Positions 37,185 through 49,600 of a stretch of DNA of 64,000 nucleotides are shown one piece after another. Location: NCBI GenBank assembly GCA_003344405.1, contig NOWV01000011.1, positions 310,001 to 374,000 of the forward strand. The letters are read 5' to 3'. Under the pieces are notes generated by a model. It had not been told where the DNA came from, did no database searches, and worked only from the letters and a program-made list of their open reading frames with translations. The DNA comes from Trichoplax sp. H2. Lineage: Eukaryota. Numbering within the stretch: position 1 is the first letter of the stretch; every line of letters starts with the position of its first letter. A program made the position numbers and the translations under genes.

Positions 37185-38762
37185 ATGGATATAGGTAGTA
37201 CATACAGTCAGCATTTCGCACTACAATTGCCTGAGATTTTAAGCATGATCTTGTCCAAGTTGGATGCAAAATCATTATGCAATGCATCCGCTGTTTGCAA
37301 AGAATGGAATCAATTAGCTACTAAAATTTTAATGGAACGCCGTTGTTGTGCTACTTATATCGTAGAATCTCCCGACGCTATCGGTGATCTCCACCATTTT
37401 TTTCACCAGTTACCTATTGTACCCGCTGCAATCAACGTTTTTTCCACCTTTGATAAATTAAGAGATACACGAGCATTAATCTCTTGCATCAAATCGAATG
37501 TGCCTTCCAACTGTCAAATCCTCGGTTGCTCTGGCAATGGTATTGTCGGCAGCCATGAAATGGATCAAAAATCCGTTTCTTTAGAACTAGAGGAAGCTGG
37601 TAAAGCCTCGATTCTAATTATTCCTCGCATAACAGGTATCATGCTATTTACTCACCAATAGATATTATTCTGTAATCGCTTCTGATCATAAAACAATATT
37701 AATTGGTGCAGCGCTTGCTATAATAAGAATTAATTATTAACTGGGCTTGAATTTCTTTATAACCTTAAATGATAAGAATTATTTATATATTTACTAAAAA
37801 CTCACTCCATTGTATTATCTTTTATTTTGCTGATTTATATGTACTGTGGATCATAGACTATTCCCTAAAGTTATGCTCTATTCTACTAGGAGTTACAGTC
37901 AAAGCCTTTACCTTATATAAAAGTGATCTAAAACCGGAAGAAGAGGATACAGCTAAAGTATGGAAAGCTTCCATTGGAATGACTGATATAAAGGCTATCC
38001 TTTTACTAACCGATTTCGACATGCTTGAGAACGATGACTTTACAGCCTTGCAAGCTGCTTTCAAAGATGAAGAAAAATCTGCGATCGTTGGATGTCTATG
38101 CCAACCTAAAGGTGAGTTTTTTCAGAATGTTGTTATTTCACTCGTGATAATATTACTTTTTACCTTTATATAATATAATATAAAATGAAGTTCGCCTGGA
38201 TAAGCTCTGATTCAGAGATTATGTGAATACTTTTAATTATTTACCTATTTTACCGAATATAAGCTTACATCATAGCTGTATTCTAAAATTATATGTGGTA
38301 TACTTACTGACTGGTCACGATACTATTTACTCCGGTATAGCACGATTGCATTGCAATTTTCAATTTATGCGAGATTGCCGAAAAGAGCCAGCCTTGGTTG
38401 CGATGGCGATAGGCGGTGAATACATGGAAGCATCCACTGTTCTCTTATATGAGAATGATAAAAGCGACTTAGCAAACTCTATTGCTAACGTAGAAAGGCC
38501 ATCATCGATATCATATTCTCCGGATATTGTTTATATGTTTCCTTGTGTTGGTCGGGGTTATATGTATTACGGAGAGCAAAATGTCGAAAGTGGTCTGATC
38601 AGAAAAGCCTTTCCCTGTATTCATGTAATTGGTTGTTTCGGCTATGGTGAAATTTTTAATCTGAAATGTAAAGATGGCTACAGTTATTATCATAGCTACA
38701 GCACGGCTTTGTGCTTTTGCTGGCTTAAACATGACAATTATCATTCTAATTCTTCCTATTGA
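37185..38762 (+). CDS. FBXO22: F-box only protein 22 (F-box plus FIST domain), 3 exons
   Basis: Exons 37185-37635, 37890-38111 and 38341-38762. F-box LPEILSMILSKLDAKSLCNASAVCKEW; CQILGCSGNGIVG; FIST-C motif MFPCVGRGYMYYGEQNVESGLIRKAFP..IGCFGYGEI..HSYST. Confidence 0.92.
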
Positions 38763-40495
38763 TAAGAAACTTTAAATTACTAATCAATTTAATATGCTTT
38801 GGTGCGACTTGTAATATTTCATTATTGCATTATTGCTTATATCTTTGTTACTGTATTATTATTATTAATGAGGCCTTCTATCAATCTCTAAGATCTTAGC
38901 TCTAGCGTGACACCATATCGTTGCGGAATACAACCTGTCATAGTGACAAAAAATTATCTTCTGGATTGTAAATGAACTGTAAATAGCTTTATACCGGGAT
39001 CATATTACTGCCGTGAATTTTATGGCAATCTTTGATTAAATGTACAATTATTGATTTTGATCGCTATCTACGTTTCTGCGTGATCGTGACATTGTTTAAA
39101 AAATACAAGTTCCAGTTAGAGACTATGAATTATTTCACGATACAGTACAGTAACTGTCAGCTATTGCATATACTCACTGATACATGGTAATTAGTACATC
39201 ACTTTAATTTTCGATGGCAAAAATAAAGTTGAAAGATTGTTTCCTGTAGTATAATTAATGTGACCATCCTATTACGATTTGTATAGGTATACGTAGATAT
39301 CGACAGATATAATTGTTCTGGTTATCTTTATCTCATTAGCCCATCTATAATGATATTTCAATAGGGATTGTATTTTTAAGTAAAGATGGATCTGTTGTAT
39401 AACCTACCGTCTATGCGACGGAGACGACTTTAACTTCTATTGATTATACCTAAATGTTTGCTTATATAACAGGTGTCATTTTGAATATTTTTAAAATTGA
39501 ATTATCATTCACGGCTAAAAACTTTATTTGAATCTATTGAAATTACATTACTACGATAACAGATATCCTATGTAGGATTTTGTATTTTCTAACTACGTAG
39601 TTCTTTACGCATTGCTATCAAGAGATAAACAAAAGGGAGAAAGATAGGAATACCACAAATCATGAAGTACAGCTTTGAGACTTAAATCGAAATTTCCCAG
39701 AATTTATGAATTAGCTAAGCCGTGTTTCTAACAGGAGTTAGGTAGTAGTGATCCTTTGGAATGGAAATGAATAAGGAATTTTCTTACAACTATTAATCTA
39801 ACGAGGAATGCTCGAGTACATAATACAAGCACGCTTGATAATGCTATTGTTTGTCTATCTGTAATCTCTCTAACATTTTAATTAAATCATTAAAAAGTCT
39901 CTATATCGCTGCTTTGAAAGATTCAGCAGATCAAGCCAGGAAGTTATCATTTCTTTTATAACCTTTAGCGGATAAATGCCTGTCACTAATTTTTCTGCGT
40001 TAATTAATTACTGTCATCATGACTGGAAGTAGATAGGTTAGATTAAAAAATTCTAAATATTAATATTACAACATACAATATATACAGCACCAGCTAAATA
40101 AATCAAATTTTTTCGAAATGTATTAGCTGATGTTATAGTGCATTAACTTGGATCCGTATAAGAAGAGGTTAGAAGATAAACAGTATCCCGTAGCCCCATT
40201 TATTAGGTATTGCCAACTCTGTAGAGAAACCTTTTTGATTGCGAAGGTATAATCCCAATTTTGTTTATGAATCGTTAAATTACAGTATACCAATACGCAG
40301 TCATGGATGCGTAACTGGATAGCCACTGTGTAGCACGTACTGTACTTATATTTTTGAAACCTCTGTACTATGATAGTAGTACAGTAGCTTAGACCATGGC
40401 TAGAGTTCTATAGTAATGCTATTATACCACAAACAGTGTCGCGAACATGCGCAGATTTCTCCTCTAGAGATTTGAAAATTATTGAAATGAAGGAT

Positions 40496-40509
40496 GAAAC
40501 CATAGCAAC
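40496..40509. promoter_or_regulatory. RFX X-box-like site upstream of TTC6
   Basis: GAAACCATAGCAAC (reverse complement GTTGCTATGGTTTC): one consensus half-site and one imperfect half-site, ~110 bp upstream of the inferred ATG. NRF1-like CATGCGCA at 40446-40453. Confidence 0.45.
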
Positions 40510-40618
40510 AATTCAGTTGTAAATGCAAATGGCGGATTGTTATGCTATACTATCTAGGCAGCGTATTTATTGCAATTTAATCGTCTATTAAATTTTACAA
40601 GGTCATCTAATATCATAA

Positions 40619-43600
40619 ATGGATGGTCAAAATTTCGTCAATTCTAGCGCAAGGTAGGTGGAAGGAATAACGACTTCTGGCTGTCGTTGTGTAAAATATC
40701 TGAGATGTTAATATACAGTATACCGAGTAGAAAGATCAATGATTTTAAGGACAAGCTGCTTAGTGGATGGGAACGTAAATGATCATACTGTGTACATATG
40801 TAAATCTTGTAGTAATGGTACAATAATATTCGTTATATACAACCATTATCAAAGTTATGGGATTTTTAATACAGTACATACGAGTCTACAAGTATTGTAC
40901 AGAAATATAAACTTCTAAGCGTCGTTCTTTTCGTTCAATTTTTACGTTATTTATGGTACAGTATTAAACTAAATTCCATTGGTAGACTATACTGTATCGA
41001 ATGATTTCAGAAATGGAACCAAATATTATACAATTTGATTATTAATTAACGTGCTAAATACTTCAAAAATCTGTATCTTCAAGCAAAGTAGTTAATTAAA
41101 AAGTATATACATATTTCCAAAAATTGATAAACAGGGAAGTGTCTAGTCCTGATGAGATAGCGAATGAAATGGCTCAGCTTGGATTATTAGATAGTCGGAG
41201 GATAGAGCTAAAACTAAGAAGGGAAATTAAAAAACAAGTTAATCCTGTAAGTAATCAACTACGGCAACAAATGTTTATTAACTATTGACGGTATGTCTTG
41301 TCTTCTACTGATATAACACGCATATTTTATTTGAATTGATGTGAAAATTTCACTCTTTATTTGGAGTGTTTGATGTTATGATATAGTATCAGCTGTTTTA
41401 TTTTCGACTGTGATCTGTATAACTTTATCTCCATACATGTTTACATTAGCCTCTCACATCACGAGCTGTGCTTTCTGCGTCAGGAAGAATAGCTTCTGCT
41501 AGTAAAGATAGGTACGTAAGTAGCAGCTTGATAACAAGACTGTATCAACATGTCTTTTTACTAATCAGTTTAAAGGACAATTCCGTAGACTGTAGTGTAG
41601 CATTGATCACCGTAGCGCATCATGATATAGTAATATTGAATTTAAATGGCTATTATAGTTTAATTTTGAATTTATTTCTCAAATTAAGTACCAAGTTGCT
41701 AGATAAGAAGAAGCCTGATGTAACAAGTACGAAAGGTATTTCTAACGAGACTATCCATAGCTATGAAGATAAAGTTCGGGTATGCTCTTAATTGTGATAC
41801 AATGATATCAATAGGAAAGAATTAATGCTTTCTAACAAAAAAATATCCTTTTTGCTATATTGAATTAGGAAACGAATACGTTAGAAACCGATAATAATAG
41901 GTAATTAATAAAATTAACTTGTTATACCTTATACGATTATAGATACAAATATAGTTTCCATTTTATAGCTTTATTCTGCTGTACTTAAATATTCCATATT
42001 ATGTCAAATCTCAGAGATTTACTGGGGGTTTTAACGCTATCGAGTTTAAATAAGAATAAAAGCACAGAAGAAGAAAGTACTAAAAATCAAACGTTTAAAA
42101 CGAAGCCTTTAGCAGGTAATGATGCAATACTTGCATAAGCTGTGCTACATAAGAAAGAGAGCTCTAAAATTGATACTAGATTTTGTAATGTTTATGCTAA
42201 AGATTTTTATTTCATATGTATTCAGTTATCAATAGCAAGCAAGAAAATCTAGAGTCGAAGCAAGTTCAATTGAGGTAGATTAATTGATAAAGACAGCTGA
42301 TTTTATATCCGAAAAATGTTTCCACTCATTGTTTTATTTCATTTCTATTCAAATTAAAATAGCGATGAAGTATCAAAATTAAATGTATTACTAGAAGGAC
42401 GTAAGCTTGAGGATGATCTTGGAAAAACAACTAAACCGAGTAAGAAACTTTGGAAATCTGAGCAAGTAAGAATTACCCTAAAGATTGTCATACATTCATA
42501 GCATAAGTGTCCAATATTAATTGCCCGTAGTGTTAGACAAGACATTCTTTAATGCTATAGATTTGACTTTATTACATCTTTTCTAAAACAGAAATTTATC
42601 ATTACGGAAAATGTTGGCCCTGTTGTTATGGACGGAAGCCATATGGATAGTAACGATGCTTCTAAACCAGCAATTGTAAAAGGGAATAAGACGTTATTAG
42701 CCGCTACATTACATCAAAGACAACCTTCTAGGCCTACTGTAACACCTCCTATCGATAATACCTCGATTGTAATACATAGTGCTACAAGTACGGCCTCAAG
42801 GTAATTAAATTGTAATTTCATTCCTTATACGATAGATGATTTATGTATGAATATGGGTAACAATTTTCTTTCCCTTTTTTTAATAAATTTTTCTGTAATA
42901 GCCTAACAAGTGAAAAGAAAATGCTGTTACGAAAGCGGAACAGTATTAATATCCTTCGGCAAACTATTGATTTCAGATCAAGTAGTAGAAGACCAAGACG
43001 TAATACAGCAACTTCAACTGATGTTATTGTTGTTGATAAAGATGAATTTTTGCAAAGCGTTATTGAGGAGGAGCCTAGTGTGACTGGATTGCAAGAATAT
43101 GAAGAAACTGAGGAGGATAAAAATGATACTCGGCAAGCTAAGATGGAAGATTTACAAGTTGCAGCCACTGTTATTAAAGATATTTCTAAATATGTTGAAG
43201 ATTTGGAGAAATTAGGAATTGATTTAGCACAGTATCGGAGTCGTAGTACTAGTCCACGTAGTAATGTTGGCTCACAGCGAGAACATACTAGTTCATCCAT
43301 TAGTTCTGCTCCAACATATCGACGTAAATTCTTTCGACATAGTCGCCCAATATCACCTAGCAGTAAAGAGCAAATTGAAGAAAGTCCATCACAAGAAATA
43401 AATAATGCTCATGGAGAAAATAGTAAGAAATTTCTTAATTATTATTAGTATTTATTTGCAATGTCATTAAAGCCATACATTATGTAGCCATAAATGATAA
43501 ATAGAGGCTATCGTATTAAGGTGCTGGTATTATTACTGCACTGTCATTTAAATAACAAATCAGAGGCGCGAAATCTTTTTAATGTTAACGGTAACTAATG

Positions 43601-46600
43601 CTACTTCGCTCTACAGTATACTTGGAAAGTTAGAGAGACATAGAATTCTCATTTTATTAATACGCGGTCATACTGAATAGTTCAGAGTAAAGACGTAGAG
43701 ATCTATGCTAAATACAATTAATCTATTCCATTCTATATTTGGAAAGTTAAAGAGCCGTAGAATGCTCATTTGGCTGCTGTATTGATGATCATGATATTAG
43801 TAGATGATTTAGATCTCATTAGAGGACGAAAATACTGCAGTATTTAGTTATACTTAGGTATTGCTTCATTTTAGGATTGCATTGCATGTTTAAGTTTCTA
43901 TGCCAACAGGTTGTCAATTGAATTGAATCTCTTTCTGTGTAAAATGGCACCACTAAAACGTTGGCAGTACTATACATTCGAACACCTTCTGTATAAAGTG
44001 TACGCACGCTCTACAAGAACTTTAACTACATAAGGGGATTATTCTGAAGATATTAATTTTGCATATTAAACAAGATCATAAGCTTCAGTTTATGGATTTT
44101 TTATGATATCAATAATACGATAAGGATATTGAGCTACTGTATAGGTGCTTAAAACTATACTGTGTCTTAGCATTATTCTACTTTAGTCTGCTACCATTAA
44201 TTTTGGATCAATGACAACCAAGGATCCTTGGTTATCATTGATCCAAAATTATTATAACCTGAGAATAACTACTATAGAGTAAATATTTATTGCATAATTT
44301 CTAGATCTTGATTCGATCTTAATGTTTACTTTACCATCTACCACTTACCTTTCAGTATTAATTAACAGCAAATTGCCTAACTCTATGCATTTATCCACTT
44401 TCGTTTTTTAAATATAGGGTCTCAACCTTTCGATAGCCAAGACTTAAAAAATCCTGATCAGATTGGAGTGGTAGGGATGCCAAGCCATATGATGTTTCGC
44501 TACAAATCCATAAATTCCAATAAGAAGTATCAAAAAACGAAGTTGAACCAGAATCGAACTACCATGCATCAGTTTTGTTTGCCTACTTCTGCTATCTATC
44601 TACCACCAAGATTTCAAGTTATTAGTCAAAATGTGTCTGGAAATATTCCTGCTAATGTTTTACAGGTTCTAACTGTTCTATAGATGATTACTTTTTATTG
44701 GATTGTTTACCTTAGAAAATGATAATTTCTTATTTTATTTGTCGGTTTAAAATTCTATTACAATCGTATTTCCCAAACATAACTTAATATATTAGAAATT
44801 TAAAAAGCAACAAGATGAAGATATTGATGAAGACTTGCTGCAAGATAAGGAAAGAGTTACGAAAGCAGCAGATAGAATTATGAAGGATATCGAAGCTTCA
44901 TACGATAATGAAACGGAGTTTGAACAACTTGATGAAAATATTGATAATTTAGTAAGCATTAAAAGAAGTCATTTTTTAATAACCTAGGGTTCAGCACTTT
45001 ACTTTTATTGAAATAAAGTCAAATTTATTGTATAAACTGCAAAGGATTTGAAAAATATAATGATATTGATATTTCTTGAAGTGCCATATTGTCTTTTACG
45101 CAGATTTTTATGAATTTGCGGGTTTATACTTATCTTTTTAGATTAATCAAACCCAAGGCCTAGCTTTGATTGGAAAGGCAATACCAAGAGAGAAGGGTCT
45201 TTCGGATATGTTATTTTCTGTTGGACCTCCTAAAATTCAGATAGCTCCGGAAACGATACAAAATCAATTATTTCCTCAATACTTTGGTGCCACATTTCCT
45301 GTATTAAAACCTAATAATCTTACTGCATTGACTGCTTTAAGTACATCTGAAGGTAGTGAATCTGAAGATTTCGAATTTGAAGATTTGGATCCGGAAGATC
45401 GCGAAATGAGACTAAGGTTAGCGAAATAATTTTGAAGTATCGTACAAATATCTCGGTTAATTATCAGATTGATGTGAAATTATTGACTGATCATTAATTA
45501 GATCTAGACTAAGTAGTCTAAGTTACCTGCGTTAACATGATTTCTTGTTTACATGCGGCATATCTTATTTGAATTAAAATCATAATTTAATTGCCGACTT
45601 TAAACGTATTTTTGGGGCGAGTTTAATCACTGGTTTTAATATCTGCGAAAATATATATTCATAGCTAAACTGCAATTAATCGTATATTATGCATGATAGA
45701 ATTTTAGGCAGACGTCATGGATCTGTGAATGATATTTCTAAAGTAGTAGAATTTTCAGCGAATGTTATAGTCGAAGATAAACCACCTGCTGAAGAAACTG
45801 ATCAAGAAGGTAGAGTTTAGCGAAATCCATTCTTTTATTAGCCAACTTAAGAATAGATTTATATATGTACTGTAGTTCTTCAATTACTGAGAATAATACT
45901 GTACAAACCATTATTCAGTAATAAATAGTAGCTTTTTCCATTACAAATGCATGTACTATAGTTTATAGCACAGTATATACTTAAAGTAGTATGTACTGTA
46001 AATTTATAACTTATTTTAAGATCAAGGGTTTAAGTTCATCAAATGATAAATAGTTACAACTTGTACCTGTGAGAACTAACAATAATTTAAGCATATATAA
46101 TTGTAAAAAGTCGGAATAGATATATATAGTCAATTAAATTGTAACAACGCGGAGGTTATAACAATTTGTATACGAGTACAGTATATAGTAAATTTACTTA
46201 TTATTCTAAGATCGAAGATTTAAGTTCATAAGCTTATCGGTCGATAGACGTAAGGATGAGAAACAGCGTTGTAGAACCCGAGTATACTTACTCGCATAAA
46301 GTACTGTAATAGTTATTCACTGATATTAAGAATTTCTGTAGTTATTTAATTGCAATAATATTCTCATTGGTAAAGAAGTTTACTCATGCAGGAATATTAT
46401 GCAGCACAACAAGTTCTAAATTCCGCATTTAAACAACAATTCCTTGATTCTCTCTCAAGACTATTATTTAAATTAAATTTATATTTCTTATATAATATAT
46501 AATAGATGCCATTGAACAAGATGAAAAAATAGAAGGTAATAGTACACTGAGCTATTCCTGCCCACTTTCGTTAGTATTCAACACATTTAGCTCATTACTG

Positions 46601-49600
46601 CCGTTTCTACATAATTAGAGTCGGCCCTTAAAGATGGTGATATTACTGACAGTCTACAGCAGCTGCCTTCTGTTAACTCCAAGGTCAAAAAGCAACATCC
46701 TAACATTTATCCTTTACCTAAAGTGTCGGAAATAAAGTAAGTTCTACTGAACTACTATAAAGATATTTATAACATGAACATCGTATCAGCTGCTATTATT
46801 GATAACCTATCCATTGTCATAGCTAGTTATAAAATTCTTCTACGAAAAATACACTTTACGGATATTTTAAAAGTGATTACTTCCTTCCTTCTTATAGACG
46901 ACGTAATTCCCAACCGAATCCTATCAGATTTGAAGAACAGTTTTTACGATTGCCAACTGATTATGATTCCACAATGGCAGAAGTTAGTAAGAAGATTGTA
47001 GCAGTCTAGTGTAAAATATCACATCTACGATACAGATATATATTTGCGAAATAATGCTATCAATATATTTATTTAATCGTATAAAAATAATCCACAAGAG
47101 TAAGCGTAATCGTCTTTTATTTTACTAACTTAGGTTCAAATGCAGGCAGAGCAAATTGATCAAATAAGATATCAAATAACTGACTCAGAGATATTAGAAG
47201 GAGTTATCAATTCTAGAGATTCCCCTTTATCGGACCAGGACCTTCATGATGGTGCCTTAGAAGAGTTAGGCCATTATACTAATAAAAATTGGGCTAGCAA
47301 TAAGAACAAGCAAAAGTGAGAATCGATCATAATAAAAACAATTTTACATTATAGTTGATATTTCTGCGAGTAAGGTAGTCAAGAAACGTATTAATTATAA
47401 TTATCTGCATCTTTCCAATCATATTTATATGGTCAATTTACAGAAAGAAAACGAAAAAGAAAAGAAAGAAAGGAATTATATCGGCAGAACGAATTAAAAA
47501 AATCGAAGCATTTCTTAAGCAATCAGCACAACCCCTACAAAGAAGTCAATCAATTCATCAAATAAATGAAGTTGATGTAGCGTTGGTCAGGCAAAGACGT
47601 AAAACAGTACCATCTGCAATGGATGTGGAAAATTTTCAAGCAGCTAATCCTGAAAGGTACAGTTCTTGGGCTAACAAACTAGTATTCACGCGTATAAAAG
47701 TAGCTCTTATGAGGCTAAATTATTAGTATTAATATAGTGTCTAAGATTTTTACTGTAATATGTAAAGCAATTTAGATTCCTATGATTCCACTAAAGAACA
47801 ATGGGAAAAATGGTTTGACGAAATTTATCCACCTAGTGAAATAGAATTCGGTATTTTACATTTGACTTTATGACTCAAATAAGTTCTTAATACATTAATA
47901 AATAGTTTGCAGAAGACAATCTCATACTAGTATTGGCTATAGTTTTTATCCTGTCTAGTAATTATTAATATTGATTTTACCTTCATGCGTTGCTAGACTT
48001 TAGTGTGGCACCAAAAGAAGAAGAAAATGTCGAGGCTGAATCAACTACAATTAAAGGATTTAATATCGAGGAATTAGATCCCATTATTAAAGATAGTAAT
48101 CCTCAGATCTATGAGGTGACGCCCTATCATTTATCACTCTTACAAATTCTTAGACAATGATTTACGAATAATGATCTATTTGAATACATTACTTAAAAAA
48201 AAATGAAATCCTTTAATCTTTACCCTTTTGAAGGCTATTATGAAGGAAATCGGTACTTTAGATGATGAAATTAAATTGCACAATAAGGTAACAGCTTATA
48301 ATTTATCACGGCGTGGAGCTCTTTTGCGTAAAATTGGCCAACTGTTGCGATCACAAGAAGACCTCGAACTTGCTATAAAAATGGAACCACAATTTTTGGA
48401 TGCATTTTGGCAAAGACATCTGTTATATTTATTGCAAGGAGAGGACTATGTAATTGCTAGAAATTAGCTTTCTTCTTAGTGTATCAATTATTAATAATTT
48501 TCATGATCTTTATCTAAAGTATGTAAAAATTGCTAACTTTATTTCGATTTCTCCTTAATCCATATAGAAAGCACTAGATGATCTGAATTTTATTATAAAG
48601 ATAAATAAAAATCACGCTAGAGCGTATCGAGCTAGAGCTGAAATATTCCGACGTCTTGGCGATGCTACAATGGCAGCTATTAATTATACGCAGGCAATTC
48701 GGCTAAATCCTGATGATGCAGAAGCTTATTTTAGAAGAGCTGAAATGTATGAAAAGGTGCTGACTGTGAATGTAATATCGTTATACCCGGATTTTATCCA
48801 AAAATGAGCGATAGTCTTTATTTAGTCTCATGATAATGTCGTTATTATTAGAAAATAACATGATAGCTTTAAATTATAAATATTATAAGTCATCTATATC
48901 TGAAATCTCGTAATACTAATAGAATCATTTTATTCTGCTAACATTGAAAATTCCGTAGAAAAATGATATCTTATCTGCATTAGAAGATTATGCGATAACT
49001 AGCAAATTGATGCCCACGAAAACGGAAGCGATATTTAAGCATGGAATGTATATGTTTAAACAAGGATCTTGGTTAAGTGCTATCAACGATTTTTCAAAAT
49101 TACTAGCAATGACACCTTATAATGCCGAAGCAAGAAGTTATCGTGGTCGAGCACAAGCACAATTAGTGTGTTTTTATTAATAACTTTAATTTAGTTATAG
49201 AAACAAAGAAATTATTATAGTAGGCATCGAGTGATAACATGTTTGTATACTGCAAAGATTAATTATTTGATGTTTTATCTCTATACTAAAGGGCAATTTT
49301 ACAAGTGCTTTAAAGGATTTATCAATTGCTATTCACTTTAATCCAGACGATGCGACAATTTTTTATCATAGAGGATGCATTTTAAGGCGGTAAATGTGAC
49401 AGCAGTTACTGTAATCCTATTTATTTAAAATTTGAGCTTGATCAATTATGCATCTACTAGGATCATATTTTACCGGTTTATCGATGATTATTTTTACTAT
49501 TGCCACAGTATTAGTGATGCTATAAGAGGTGATAAATGCAGCGGTTACTTAATCTTAAATTTAAAATTTGTGCTTAATTAATTTAGCATCATACTAGAAC

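Noticed and set aside
39600-40326. Small gene between FBXO22 and TTC6
   Set aside because: Short frames with stops, no consistent splice chain and no recognisable motif.
42818-43300. 160-aa minus-strand ORF, and similar antisense ORFs at 7993, 10307, 37858 and 38511
   Set aside because: These are antisense shadows of genuine plus-strand exons of TTC6, ACE and FBXO22.
48550-48567. U12-type branch-site-like TCCTTAAT before an acceptor
   Set aside because: The matching donor is GTAATT (U2-type), not RTATCCTT; no minor-class intron was found among the junctions checked.
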